A DNA stretch of 64,000 nt from Vicinamibacteria bacterium (GTDB lineage: Bacteria; Acidobacteriota; Vicinamibacteria; Fen-336), in NCBI GenBank assembly GCA_041481445.1, contig JBGPBV010000015.1:11062-75061 (forward strand), read 5' to 3'. The notes under the pieces are model-generated. The model was given only the letters and a program-made list of their open reading frames with translations, was not told the origin of the DNA and searched no databases. The position numbers and the translations under genes are program-made. Positions 9,417-18,922 of the stretch are shown piece after piece (within the stretch, counting starts at the first letter, position 1; each line of letters starts with the position of its first letter).

Positions 9417-11275
9417 CCGGTAGGTTCAACCTCGACGGCCGCCCGGTGGATCCGGCCCTCATCACGCGCATGGCCACCGCCGTCACCCACCGCGGGCCGG
9501 ACGAGGGTGGCGTCCACTTCGCGGGAGCGATCGGGCTCGCCAACCGGCGGCTCTCGATCATCGACGTCGGCGGGGGCAAGCAGCCGATCGCGAACGAGGA
9601 CGGCACGGTGTGGGTGGTCCTCAACGGCGAGATCTACAACTTCGTGGAGCTGCGCGCTGAGCTCGAGAAGCGCGGCCACCACTTCCGCACGCGCACCGAC
9701 ACCGAGGTGATCGTCCACCTGTACGAGGACTTCGGCCCCGGCCTCCTCGAGCACCTGCGAGGGATGTTCGCCTTCGCGGTGTGGGACGAACGTCGGCGAC
9801 GGTTGCTGCTGGCCCGCGACCGGCTGGGGGAGAAGCCCCTCTACTATTCCCATCGCCCCGGCAAGTTCCTTCTCTTCGGCTCCGAGCTGAAGTCCCTCCT
9901 GGCCGACCCCGACCTTCACGTGAGCCTCAACGCGGCGGCGCTCGACCAGTACCTGAGCGTGTCGTACGTGCCGGCTCCCGACTCCATCTTCAACGAAGTG
10001 TCCAAGCTGCCGGCCGGCCACTACCTGACCTGCGACGAACAGGCCATGGAGGTCCGGGAGTACTGGGACGTGCCGCTTCCGCCCGACGGCGAGGAAGACA
10101 GGCTCGACGCCGAAGCCCTCCACGAGCGACTCCGCGAAGCCGTCCGCATACAGCTTCGGAGCGACGTGCCGCTGGGAGCGTTCCTGAGCGGCGGCATCGA
10201 CTCCACCACCATCGTGGCCACCATGGCCGAGTTCGTGGGTGCCGGGATCGTGAGCTGCTCGGTGGGCTTTGCGGAGAAAGAGCACAACGAGCTCTCGCAC
10301 GCACGCATGGTGGCCGATCTCGTGCAGAGCCGCCATCAGGAAGAGGTGGTCGAGCCGCCTTCGGCGGAGATGATCGAGCGGCTCTGCTGGCACTTCGACG
10401 AGCCCTTCGGCGACTCTTCGGCCGTGCCCACCTGGGCGGTGTCGAGACTGGCCCGCCGGCGGGTGAAGGTGGCCCTGTCGGGCGACGGCGCCGACGAGCT
10501 GTTCGGCGGCTATCGCCGTCACGCCGTCGAATCCTGGGAGCACAACCTCCGAGGCTATGGACGACTGGCCTCCCGGGCCATGTCTCGCCTGGCCGCGGCC
10601 CTTCCCGAGGGCATGACCGGACAGCACGCGTTCGCCCGCCTGGGCGCTCCCCCCGACGAGGCGTGCGCGCTGAAGTTCCAGTTTGCGAGCCGGGCCCAGC
10701 GCCTGAAGGAGCGGATCTACACGAGGGAGCTGCGCGAGGAGGTGAAGAAGAGCGATCCCGGCGCGCCCTTCAAGCGCGCCTACCAGCGCGCGCGCCGGAG
10801 CGACCCCGTCAACCGGATCCTGTACGTGGACCTCAAGACCTCGCTGGCCGACGACATGCTCGTCAAGGTCGACCGGATGAGCATGGCTCACGGGTTGGAG
10901 GTGCGCGCACCGTTCCTGGATCACCGGCTGGTGGAGATGGTCGCTCGTCTCTCCGGACGGGTGAAGCTGACCGGTTCCGCCACCAAGCCCTTGCTGCGCA
11001 CGGTACTCGACGGCCGCGTCCCCCGCGCCGCCTGGCACCGCCCCAAGCACGGGTTCACCGCGCCGGTGGCCCAGTGGCTGCGCGGATCGCTCCGCGCTTG
11101 CGCCGAGGATGTCCTCTTTCCGTCGTCCGGCGCCGGAAGCGGGCGGTTCGAGCGTAAGGGCCTCCGCCGCATCTGGGACGACCACCAGGCGGGACGGCAG
11201 AACCACGACCACGAGCTCTGGATGGTCCTCATCTTCGAGATGTGGCATCGGATGCACGCGCGGCGGGCCGCCTGA
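9404..11275 (+). CDS. Asparagine synthetase-family amidotransferase (third copy)
   Basis: Starts MCGIAGRF. Contains SGGIDST and MAHGLEVRAPFLDH. 13-nt overlap with the upstream GT4. Confidence 0.85.
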   Translation: MCGIAGRFNLDGRPVDPALITRMATAVTHRGPDEGGVHFAGAIGLANRRLSIIDVGGGKQPIANEDGTVWVVLNGEIYNFVELRAELEKRGHHFRTRTDTEVIVHLYEDFGPGLLEHLRGMFAFAVWDERRRRLLLARDRLGEKPLYYSHRPGKFLLFGSELKSLLADPDLHVSLNAAALDQYLSVSYVPAPDSIFNEVSKLPAGHYLTCDEQAMEVREYWDVPLPPDGEEDRLDAEALHERLREAVRIQLRSDVPLGAFLSGGIDSTTIVATMAEFVGAGIVSCSVGFAEKEHNELSHARMVADLVQSRHQEEVVEPPSAEMIERLCWHFDEPFGDSSAVPTWAVSRLARRRVKVALSGDGADELFGGYRRHAVESWEHNLRGYGRLASRAMSRLAAALPEGMTGQHAFARLGAPPDEACALKFQFASRAQRLKERIYTRELREEVKKSDPGAPFKRAYQRARRSDPVNRILYVDLKTSLADDMLVKVDRMSMAHGLEVRAPFLDHRLVEMVARLSGRVKLTGSATKPLLRTVLDGRVPRAAWHRPKHGFTAPVAQWLRGSLRACAEDVLFPSSGAGSGRFERKGLRRIWDDHQAGRQNHDHELWMVLIFEMWHRMHARRAA

Positions 11276-12381
11276 TGGCCACTCGCCTCGACTTCCGCCG
11301 GCGCCCGGCGCCCGAGAGCGCCCGCTTGCGCGTGGCCATGGTGGCGCCGTCCCTGGAGATCCTGGGCGGCCAGGGGGTCCAGGCGCAGGCGCTGGCCCAG
11401 GCCCTGGCCGCCGACGGCCACGTCGTGGACTTCGTCCCCATCAACCCCAGGTTCCCGCGCGGGTTGCGGGGGCTCCGCCGGCTCCCGTACGCCCGCACGA
11501 TCCTGAACCAGGCCCTCTACCTCCCCAGCCTCGCCCGGCTTCGTCGCGCGGACGCCGTCCACGCCTTCTCCGCCTCGTACTGGTCGTTCCTGCTCGCGCC
11601 GGCGCCCGCCATGCTGGTCGGACGGCTGATGCGGAAGCGCGTCATCCTGAACTATCGGAGCGGGGAGGCCGAAGACCATCTCACCTGGGGGATCCTGGTC
11701 CATCCCTGGCTGCGGCTGGCGCACGAGATCGTGGTCCCTTCGGAGTATCTCCGGGGCGTCTTCGCCCGTCACGGTTACGAGGTACGGGTGATCCGCAACG
11801 TGGTGGACACCTCGCGGTTCCGCTATCGCGAGCGCGCGCCGTTGCGGCCCCGGCTGGTTTCCACGCGGAACCTCGAGCCCTATTACCGCGTGGACGTCAC
11901 CGTGCAGGCCTTCGGGCTCGTCAAGGCGCGATACCCGGAGGCGACCCTGACCGTCGTGGGATACGGAAGCGAGGAAGAGAAGCTCCGGCGCCTGGCCGAC
12001 TCCCTCGGCACCGGTGGCATCCGCTTCGTGGGAAGGGCGGAGCGCCCGGCGTTGCCGGGCCTCTATGACGAGCACGACATCTTCGTCAATTCCTCCGTGG
12101 TCGACAACCAGCCCGTGTCGGTGCTGGAGGCCTTTGCCGCGGGACTGCCGGTCGTCTCGACGGCCACCGGCGACATCGGGGCGATGGTCCGTCAAGGGGA
12201 CACCGGTCTCCTCGTGCCCCCGCGGGACCCCTCCGCCACCGCGGCGGCGATCACCGACCTGCTGGAGAGGCCCGATCGAGCGCGGCGGATGGCGCGGCAG
12301 GCACGACAGGAGGTGGAGGAGTACGCGTGGCCCGCCGTGCGTAGCCAGTGGGCGGCGGTCTACGGGGCGAGGCCGTGGTGA
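11275..12381 (+). CDS. Glycosyltransferase family 4
   Basis: ATGA overlap with the upstream stop. C-terminal SVLEAFAAGLPVVSTATGDIGAMV typical of GT4. Confidence 0.75.
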   Translation: MATRLDFRRRPAPESARLRVAMVAPSLEILGGQGVQAQALAQALAADGHVVDFVPINPRFPRGLRGLRRLPYARTILNQALYLPSLARLRRADAVHAFSASYWSFLLAPAPAMLVGRLMRKRVILNYRSGEAEDHLTWGILVHPWLRLAHEIVVPSEYLRGVFARHGYEVRVIRNVVDTSRFRYRERAPLRPRLVSTRNLEPYYRVDVTVQAFGLVKARYPEATLTVVGYGSEEEKLRRLADSLGTGGIRFVGRAERPALPGLYDEHDIFVNSSVVDNQPVSVLEAFAAGLPVVSTATGDIGAMVRQGDTGLLVPPRDPSATAAAITDLLERPDRARRMARQARQEVEEYAWPAVRSQWAAVYGARPW

Positions 12382-12532
12382 GAGGAGCGGGATGCCGGCT
12401 CTTCGACGAGCTCGCGCGCGAGCCGATGATCGCGTCCTTCACGGCCTGGCTGACGACCTTGGCAATCTAGCGCCAATCGGCAAGCGCCCCCGCCCGCGGG
12501 GCGTCCAATATTCACCTTCCAATGCGCGTCCC

Positions 12533-12557
12533 TGTTCGCCGATGTTCCGAGCGAACA
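12533..12557. promoter_or_regulatory. Perfect 7-bp inverted repeat (TGTTCGC-N11-GCGAACA) in the 5' leader of the downstream operon
   Basis: Seen directly in the 200-nt intergenic region. Ends about 25 nt before the ATG at 12583, which has AGGAG 6 nt upstream. Confidence 0.25.
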
Positions 12558-12582
12558 GCACGGTACCGCGAAAGGAGCGACG

Positions 12583-13269
12583 ATGACTTCAGGAGCTATT
12601 GGTGTTGTGAAGTCGAACGAATCGAAGATCGCGTCAATCCAAGGGTACATAGACCGGGCGATCGACGATCTTCTCGCGTCGCTCCGCCAGCCCGGACAGC
12701 TGTCCGCGGAGGAGCGGCGCGGAATCATCGCCCGCTACACGGCGGTGCTCGAGGGGAATTTCATCTACTGGATGACCGGCGCCTACATCTCGGTCGGGTC
12801 GGACGAGGCCCGCGCCAAGATCATGGACAATCTGCGCGAAGAAGTGCGCGACTGTCATCCCGGGATGATGCGACGGTTCGCCATTGCCGCCCACGCCATT
12901 CCGACCGATGCGGATGCGCAGGCCGTCTATCGCAACCTGATGAACGTTCGCTTGTTCATCGGACGACTGTCGGCGGTGCCGATCGTGGTGACGATGGCCT
13001 TCTTCGAAGGCTTCATCCAGCGGTTCATGTCCTATCTTGCCGAGCTCGCCCAGCGCCAGGGCTCGGCCGAGATGGAATACACGGACGTCCATGGCGTTTG
13101 TGACATCACCCATACCCAAGAGCTCTTCCGGGCGCTGGAAGCGGAGATGGTGCTCGTGCACTCCTTGCCCGAGAAGGAGATCTTCGAAGGAGTCGAGCTC
13201 CTTCGGACCCTGATCCAGAGCATCGTCGTCGACAACGAGACCGCTCGTGAGATGCGGACGCCGCAATGA
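12583..13269 (+). CDS. Heme-oxygenase-like diiron enzyme (HDO; iron-containing redox enzyme family, PqqC/TenA-like fold)
   Basis: 228 aa. Contains the HDO metal-ligand signature H-x3-D-x2-H (HGVCDITH) plus upstream Glu/His (EEVRDCH, LEGNFIYW). Size similar to CADD-type HDOs. Confidence 0.7.
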   Translation: MTSGAIGVVKSNESKIASIQGYIDRAIDDLLASLRQPGQLSAEERRGIIARYTAVLEGNFIYWMTGAYISVGSDEARAKIMDNLREEVRDCHPGMMRRFAIAAHAIPTDADAQAVYRNLMNVRLFIGRLSAVPIVVTMAFFEGFIQRFMSYLAELAQRQGSAEMEYTDVHGVCDITHTQELFRALEAEMVLVHSLPEKEIFEGVELLRTLIQSIVVDNETAREMRTPQ

Positions 13270-13550
13270 GCGGCGAGGAAACCATGTCAGTCAAGGCAAC
13301 CGTGATTTCGGAGATTCAGCGGATTGCAGAGGACGACAGCAAGAGTCTGCCTCCTCTGACCGACGACCTGGTCTTGCTCGATTCGGGGCTCGACTCGCTC
13401 GGCATCGCCATCCTCGTGGCTCGGCTCGAAGAGACATTGGGATTCGATCCGTTCACCGAAACCGACGACATTGCCTATCCGGTGACGCTGGGTGACTTCA
13501 TCAGGTTCTATGAACACGCCGCCGAATCCCATGGCGTCGATTCGAGATAG
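13266..13550 (+). CDS. Acyl/peptidyl carrier protein
   Basis: 94 aa. Phosphopantetheine-attachment motif LDSGLDSLGIAILVARLEE. ATGA-type overlap with the HDO stop. Confidence 0.75.
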   Translation: MSGEETMSVKATVISEIQRIAEDDSKSLPPLTDDLVLLDSGLDSLGIAILVARLEETLGFDPFTETDDIAYPVTLGDFIRFYEHAAESHGVDSR

Positions 13551-14913
13551 GCTGGGTAGCCCGCCGGAGGGCCCGGAGCGCTTCCTGTGGGGTGCCACGG
13601 CCAGCGTTCGTCTCGGCCACCGTCTCGACGGCACGGGCCTCCGCGGCCGGGTGGCGGAGCTCGCCCGGCGGTCGGTTCTGATCGCCACTCGGGATCAGTT
13701 CGCCACGGCATTGGCGCTCATCGAGCTGGACGGAATTGCCCGCCGCCTGGTCATCTGCACACCTGACCTGCCGCCCGAGCATCTTCCCGCCGTCGTAGCC
13801 AAAGCGGGCGTGGATGCGATCGTGTCGGATCGCGATGGCGGCCATGACGCATTGGGCGTTCCCCTGCGGGTTCTCTGCAACGGCACCGTCATGCCAGCCA
13901 AAGAGACGCCGGTCACGTGCTGCAGAACGGAGTGGGTGCTCCTCACCTCCGGCACCACCGGGGCGCCCAAAATGCTCGTTCACAGCTTCGCCAGCTTGAC
14001 GGCGCCCATCGGCAGCGCCCTGGGGCAGCGCGCCGACGTCGTGTGGGGCACGTTCTACGACATCCGGCGGTATGGGGGGCTCCAGATCTTTCTCCGGGCC
14101 GTCCTGGGCCCCGGTTCCTTCGTGCTTTCCGGCGCCGGCGAGCCGACGGGAGATCATCTCGTGCGGCTGGGCGCGCATGGGGCGACGCACGTTTCGGGGA
14201 CCCCCTCGCATTGGCGTCGTGCCCTGATGAGCCCGGACGCCCGTGCGATCGCGCCGCGCTACATCCGCCTATCCGGAGAAATCGCGGACCAGGGGATCCT
14301 GAACGCTCTCCATTCGTTCTACCCGCAGGCCAGCGTCGGCCATGCCTTCGCCTCCACGGAGGCCGGCGTGGGATTCGAAGTCAACGATGGTCTCGAGGGG
14401 TTTCCGGCGAGCATGGTCGGCGCGCCCGGCGACGTGCAGATCAAGGTCGTCGAAGGTTCGCTGCGCATCCGTTCCGCGCGGAATGCCGTCCGCTATGTCG
14501 GCGATGACGACTCCACGCTCACCGATGACGAAGGCTTCGTCGACACCGGCGACATGGTGGAACGCCGCGGCGACCGGTACTACTTCCTCGGTCGAAGGAG
14601 CGGCATCATCAACGTCGGAGGATTGAAGGTCTACCCGGAGGAAGTCGAGGCGGCGATCAACCGACACCCGGCGGTGCGCATGTCGATGGTGCGGTCCCGG
14701 AGAAGTCCCATTACCGGTTCCCTCGTCGCCGCCGACGTCGTCTTGAAGGGAGAGCCCGATTCGAGCGGCGCCGCTGGCGAGATGGTGGACTTCAAGCGCG
14801 AGATCCTCCAGATCTGTCACGACCGCCTGGCCCCCCACAAGATTCCGGCGACCATCCGTTTCGTTCCTGCCCTGGAGATTGCCGCCGCCGGCAAGCTGGC
14901 CCGTCATGCGTAG
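13510..14913 (+). CDS. ANL-superfamily adenylating enzyme (acyl- or aminoacyl-carrier-protein ligase)
   Basis: Core motifs LLTSGTTGAPK (A3), FASTEAG (A5), GDMVERRGDRYYFLGRRSGIINVGGLKVYPEEVE (A7/A8), terminal GK. Start ambiguous between Met codons at 13510 and 13531; it overlaps the ACP 3' end. Confidence 0.8.
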   Translation: MNTPPNPMASIRDRLGSPPEGPERFLWGATASVRLGHRLDGTGLRGRVAELARRSVLIATRDQFATALALIELDGIARRLVICTPDLPPEHLPAVVAKAGVDAIVSDRDGGHDALGVPLRVLCNGTVMPAKETPVTCCRTEWVLLTSGTTGAPKMLVHSFASLTAPIGSALGQRADVVWGTFYDIRRYGGLQIFLRAVLGPGSFVLSGAGEPTGDHLVRLGAHGATHVSGTPSHWRRALMSPDARAIAPRYIRLSGEIADQGILNALHSFYPQASVGHAFASTEAGVGFEVNDGLEGFPASMVGAPGDVQIKVVEGSLRIRSARNAVRYVGDDDSTLTDDEGFVDTGDMVERRGDRYYFLGRRSGIINVGGLKVYPEEVEAAINRHPAVRMSMVRSRRSPITGSLVAADVVLKGEPDSSGAAGEMVDFKREILQICHDRLAPHKIPATIRFVPALEIAAAGKLARHA

Positions 14914-15640
14914 GGTGATCGTGACGGGCGGAAGCCGGGGCCTGGGTCTGGGGATCGTCCGCCGGCTCACCGCCGAGGGCTACTGCGCCGTCGCCGTCGC
15001 GCGGCAGATGAACGATCAGCTCGCCTCGACGATCGAACGCGCGGAGCGGTCGCGTTCGGGGTCGCTCCATTTCATGCCGTTCGATCTCGGAGACGTGCAG
15101 GAGATACCGAACTTCGTCAAGAAGCTGCGGAAGGATTTCGGCCCGATCTACGGGCTCGTCAACAACGCCGCGCTGGGCTCGGAGGGCGCGCTGGCCCTCA
15201 TGCACAATGCGCAAATCGAGCGCCTGATTCGCCTGAATACGCTCTCGCCAATCATCCTGACCAAATACGTGGTCCGCCACATGATGGCGGACGGCGGCGG
15301 CCGCGTCGTCAACGTCGCGTCGATCGTTGGCTTCACGGGATACAGCGGCCTCTCGGTCTACAGCGCGACGAAAGCGTCCTTGATTGGATTCACGCGATCG
15401 CTGGCGCGCGAGGTCGGCCGGCGCGGCGTCAACGTGAACGCGGTCGCGCCCGGATTCCTGGACACGGAGATGACCCAGGGCCTGGACGGCGAGCGCCGCG
15501 AGCAGGTGGCGCGCCGGAGCGCGCTGGGCCGGTTTCCCGAAGTGGACGACGTCGCCGACGCGGTCGAGTTTCTGCTCGGATCGAAGGCCAAGAGCATCAG
15601 CGGGACCGTGCTCACCGTGGATGCGGGCAGCACGGCGTGA
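14906..15640 (+). CDS. Short-chain dehydrogenase/reductase (FabG-like)
   Basis: VIVTGGSRGLG Rossmann motif, NNAA, and catalytic S...YSATK. Overlaps the ligase stop. Confidence 0.8.
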   Translation: MRRVIVTGGSRGLGLGIVRRLTAEGYCAVAVARQMNDQLASTIERAERSRSGSLHFMPFDLGDVQEIPNFVKKLRKDFGPIYGLVNNAALGSEGALALMHNAQIERLIRLNTLSPIILTKYVVRHMMADGGGRVVNVASIVGFTGYSGLSVYSATKASLIGFTRSLAREVGRRGVNVNAVAPGFLDTEMTQGLDGERREQVARRSALGRFPEVDDVADAVEFLLGSKAKSISGTVLTVDAGSTA

Positions 15641-15665
15641 ACGGTCGTATCAAGGTGCTCGAGCC

Positions 15666-17522
15666 ATGACCGTCAACCAGGCCGAGACGGCCGTGCGACC
15701 TGCCCCCGGCAAACCGTCGTCGGCCAAGGCCTGGTCGCGCGCCCTCGAGCTGACCGCACCGATCGTCCGACGTCCCGATCGCATCTTGCCGACCGTCATC
15801 GAGGAGCTCGCGGAGAAGCTCGGGGACGCGCCGGCCCTCCTCTCGGACGGCGAGTGCCTGACCTATCGTGCCCTCGCGGAACGATCGACGCGATATGCCC
15901 GGTGGGCGATCGAGCAGGAGCTCGCCAAGGGCGACGCCGTCTGCCTCTTGATGCCGAACCGCCCTGAGTACATGGCCATCTGGCTCGGGATCACGCGCGT
16001 CGGCGGCGTCGTCGCGCTGCTCAACACGAATCTCGCCGGGCCCTCGCTCGCGCATTGCATCAACATCGCCGCCCCCCGACATCTCATCGTGGCCGTGGAG
16101 CTCATCGATCGGGTGACCGCCCTGCGGCAAGACCTCGCCGGTGCGCCGAAGATCTGGGTTCACGGCGCCGGTCACGACCACTGTCCGCGCATCGACCACG
16201 AAATCGAACGATACCGCGGCGACACGCTGCCGGAGGCCGAGCGCCGGCCCGTGACCATCGACGATCGCGCGCTCTACATCTACACCTCCGGCACGACCGG
16301 GCTGCCCAAGGCCGCCAACGTGAGCCATGCCCGGGTGATGCAATGGAGCCACTGGTTCGCCGGGCTGATGGACACTCGCTCGAGCGACCGGATGTACACC
16401 TGCCTGCCGATGTATCACAGCGTCGGCGGCGTGCTCGCGACGGGTGCGGTCCTGGTGGGCGGCGGCTCGGTGGTGATCCGCGAAACATTCTCTGGACACC
16501 ACTTCTGGAGTGACGTCGTCCGCTGGGACTGCACGCTGTTCCAGTACATCGGTGAGCTGTGCCGGTACCTGCTGCATGCCGAGCCGCACCCGCCCGAGAG
16601 GGATCACCGGATCAGGATGTGTTGCGGCAACGGGCTGAGGCCTGACGTCTGGAACTCCTTCAAGGAACGGTTTCGCATTCCGCAGATCCTGGAGTTCTAC
16701 GCGGCGACGGAGGGCAACGTCTCGCTGGTCAATGTGGAAGGCAGGCCCGGCGCCATCGGCCGCGTCCCGCTGTTCCTGGCCCACCGATTTCCGGCGACGC
16801 TCGTGAAATACGACGCGGAGGCGGACGCGCCCGTGCGCGACGCGCGCGGATTCTGCGTTCGCTGTGCGCCGAACGAAGTGGGCGAAGCGATCGGCCAGCT
16901 TCTGAGGGACCGGTCGAACGTTGGCAGCCGGTTCGAGGGCTACACGGACGAGGAAGCCTCGGAGAACAAGATCCTGCGCAATGTGGTGGAGCCGGGAGAC
17001 GCGTGGTTCCGGACGGGCGACCTGATGCGAAAGGACGAGCACGGCTATTTCTATTTCGTCGATCGGATTGGCGACACCTTCCGTTGGAAGGGCGAGAACG
17101 TCGCCACCTCCGAGGTCTCGGAGGCGATCTGCGGGTTTCCGGGAATCAGGGAGGCCAACGTCTACGGCGTGGCCATTCCGGGCACCGACGGCCGGGCGGG
17201 CATGGCGACCATCGTCACCGACGATGGGCTGGATCTCGCCGCCTTCCGGACGCACCTGGTCGACCGCCTCCCCGAGTACGCGCGGCCGGTATTCCTGCGC
17301 GTGCGGGACGACTTGGAAGTGACCGCCACCTTCAAGCACACAAAGAGCGCTTTGGTGCGCGAAGGTTACGACCCGGTCGCAATCGCAGACGCCATCTATT
17401 TCGACGATCGCGAACGCCAGGCGTTCGTCCGGCTCGACAAGGCGCTTCACGACCGCATCCAGAGCGGCCAGATCCGCCCTGACCGCCGTCCGAATGCGGC
17501 ACGCGGCAGCAAGACAGGCTGA
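15666..17522 (+). CDS. Long-chain fatty-acid-CoA ligase (FATP/very-long-chain acyl-CoA synthetase-like)
   Basis: YIYTSGTTGLPKAANVSH, YAATEGN, WFRTGDLMRKDEHGYFYFVDRIGDTFRWKGENVATSEVSE. About 620 aa, typical of the FATP family. Confidence 0.8.
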   Translation: MTVNQAETAVRPAPGKPSSAKAWSRALELTAPIVRRPDRILPTVIEELAEKLGDAPALLSDGECLTYRALAERSTRYARWAIEQELAKGDAVCLLMPNRPEYMAIWLGITRVGGVVALLNTNLAGPSLAHCINIAAPRHLIVAVELIDRVTALRQDLAGAPKIWVHGAGHDHCPRIDHEIERYRGDTLPEAERRPVTIDDRALYIYTSGTTGLPKAANVSHARVMQWSHWFAGLMDTRSSDRMYTCLPMYHSVGGVLATGAVLVGGGSVVIRETFSGHHFWSDVVRWDCTLFQYIGELCRYLLHAEPHPPERDHRIRMCCGNGLRPDVWNSFKERFRIPQILEFYAATEGNVSLVNVEGRPGAIGRVPLFLAHRFPATLVKYDAEADAPVRDARGFCVRCAPNEVGEAIGQLLRDRSNVGSRFEGYTDEEASENKILRNVVEPGDAWFRTGDLMRKDEHGYFYFVDRIGDTFRWKGENVATSEVSEAICGFPGIREANVYGVAIPGTDGRAGMATIVTDDGLDLAAFRTHLVDRLPEYARPVFLRVRDDLEVTATFKHTKSALVREGYDPVAIADAIYFDDRERQAFVRLDKALHDRIQSGQIRPDRRPNAARGSKTG

Positions 17523-17527
17523 GGTGC

Positions 17528-18922
17528 GTGAGCTCACCCATGGCGTTTGATCAAATCCGGAGTGTCGTGGCCACGCTCGAGTCCGACATCGCGAGCGGCC
17601 CCATCGTCCCGACGGTGGCGCCGCACGAGATTCGCAACTACCTCGGCTCGCGCTATGACTTCACGAAGCCAATGGCACTCGACGACGTCACCGCGGACGT
17701 CGAAGGGATGATGCGGAGGTGGCAGGTGCAGGTCACCCATCCGCGTTACTTCGGCCTCTTCAACCCGAGCGTGACCCTGGCGTCGGTGATCGCGGACACG
17801 CTGGTCGCCATGTACAACCCGCAACTGGCGACCTGGCGTACCTCGCCGGCGGCGAACGAGATCGAACGTCACACCCTTGCCTGGCTGACGGGCAAGTTCG
17901 GCCTGCCCGCCGCCACGATTGCCAGCTTCACGACCGGCGGAGCCGAGGCGAACCTCTCGGCGGTGATCGTGGCATTGACGCGGGCCTTCCCGGAGTACGG
18001 CGAAGGCGGGCTTCGGAGCCTGTCCGCGTCGCCGACCATCTACCTGACCCACGAAGCCCACGACTCGTTCCACAAGATCGCGCACATGACGGGGATCGGG
18101 CGCCGGGCGCTGCGGACGGTCGCGACCGACCGCGATCTGAAGATGGATCTCGTGGATCTGGCCAGACGAGTCGCCGAGGATCGCCGAAACGGGCTCGCGC
18201 CCGTCATGGTCGTCGGTACTGCCGGGACCACGGCGGCGGGCGCGATCGATCCCCTGCCGGATCTGGCTTGCTTCTGCCGGTCGGAGGAGCTGTGGCTTCA
18301 CGTCGACGCGGCGTGGGGGGGCGCCGCCATCCTCTCCCCACGCCTCCGCGGTCATCTCGCCGGCATCGAGGCTGCCGACTCGATCACGTGCGACGCGCAT
18401 AAATGGTTCTCGGTGCCCATGGGTGCCGGGATGTTCTTCTGCCGGCATCCCGACGCGGTTGGCGAGGCTTTCCGCGCGCAGACCTCCTACATGCCGGGAA
18501 GGACGGCGGGGCCGGTGGCCGATCCCTACACCACCTCGGTTCAGTGGTCGCGCCGCTTCATCGGCTTGAAGCTGTTTCTTGCCCTCGCCCAGCACGGCGA
18601 GTCCGGGTACGTCGAGATGATCGAGCACCAGGCTCGCATGGGTGACGTGCTGCGGGAGTCGGTCGAGCGTGCGGGGTGGCGCATCGTCAACCGCACGCCC
18701 CTGCCCCTCGTGTGCTTCACCCGGGATGGCCTCGTCGCCCGCCGCTTCCTCGCCGCGCTTCACGAGCGTCAGATCGCATGGATGTCGGAAGTACGCCTGG
18801 GCGACGAAGCGCCGGTCGTGCGTGCGTGTGTCACGAGTTTCCGGACAAGCCAGGCCGACATCGAGTGGGTGGTGCGCGAGATGAGCCGGCTCGCTTTGCA
18901 GGAGTCCGAGGTCAGGGCATGA
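17528..18922 (+). CDS. Group II PLP-dependent amino-acid decarboxylase
   Basis: 464 aa. PLP-lysine motif SITCDAHKWF and the fold-type I decarboxylase pattern. 6-nt gap from the ligase, 4-nt overlap with the next gene. Confidence 0.8.
   Translation: MSSPMAFDQIRSVVATLESDIASGPIVPTVAPHEIRNYLGSRYDFTKPMALDDVTADVEGMMRRWQVQVTHPRYFGLFNPSVTLASVIADTLVAMYNPQLATWRTSPAANEIERHTLAWLTGKFGLPAATIASFTTGGAEANLSAVIVALTRAFPEYGEGGLRSLSASPTIYLTHEAHDSFHKIAHMTGIGRRALRTVATDRDLKMDLVDLARRVAEDRRNGLAPVMVVGTAGTTAAGAIDPLPDLACFCRSEELWLHVDAAWGGAAILSPRLRGHLAGIEAADSITCDAHKWFSVPMGAGMFFCRHPDAVGEAFRAQTSYMPGRTAGPVADPYTTSVQWSRRFIGLKLFLALAQHGESGYVEMIEHQARMGDVLRESVERAGWRIVNRTPLPLVCFTRDGLVARRFLAALHERQIAWMSEVRLGDEAPVVRACVTSFRTSQADIEWVVREMSRLALQESEVRA

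Noticed and set aside
9344-11257. 637-aa minus-strand ORF
   Set aside because: It is antisense to the third asnB-like gene.
12382-12582. Possible sigma-54 promoter (TTGGCA-N7-GC) or SAM riboswitch in the operon leader
   Set aside because: The GG/GC spacing is one nt off the -24/-12 consensus. No riboswitch consensus could be verified by eye, so it is left as a hypothesis in the findings and not called as a feature.
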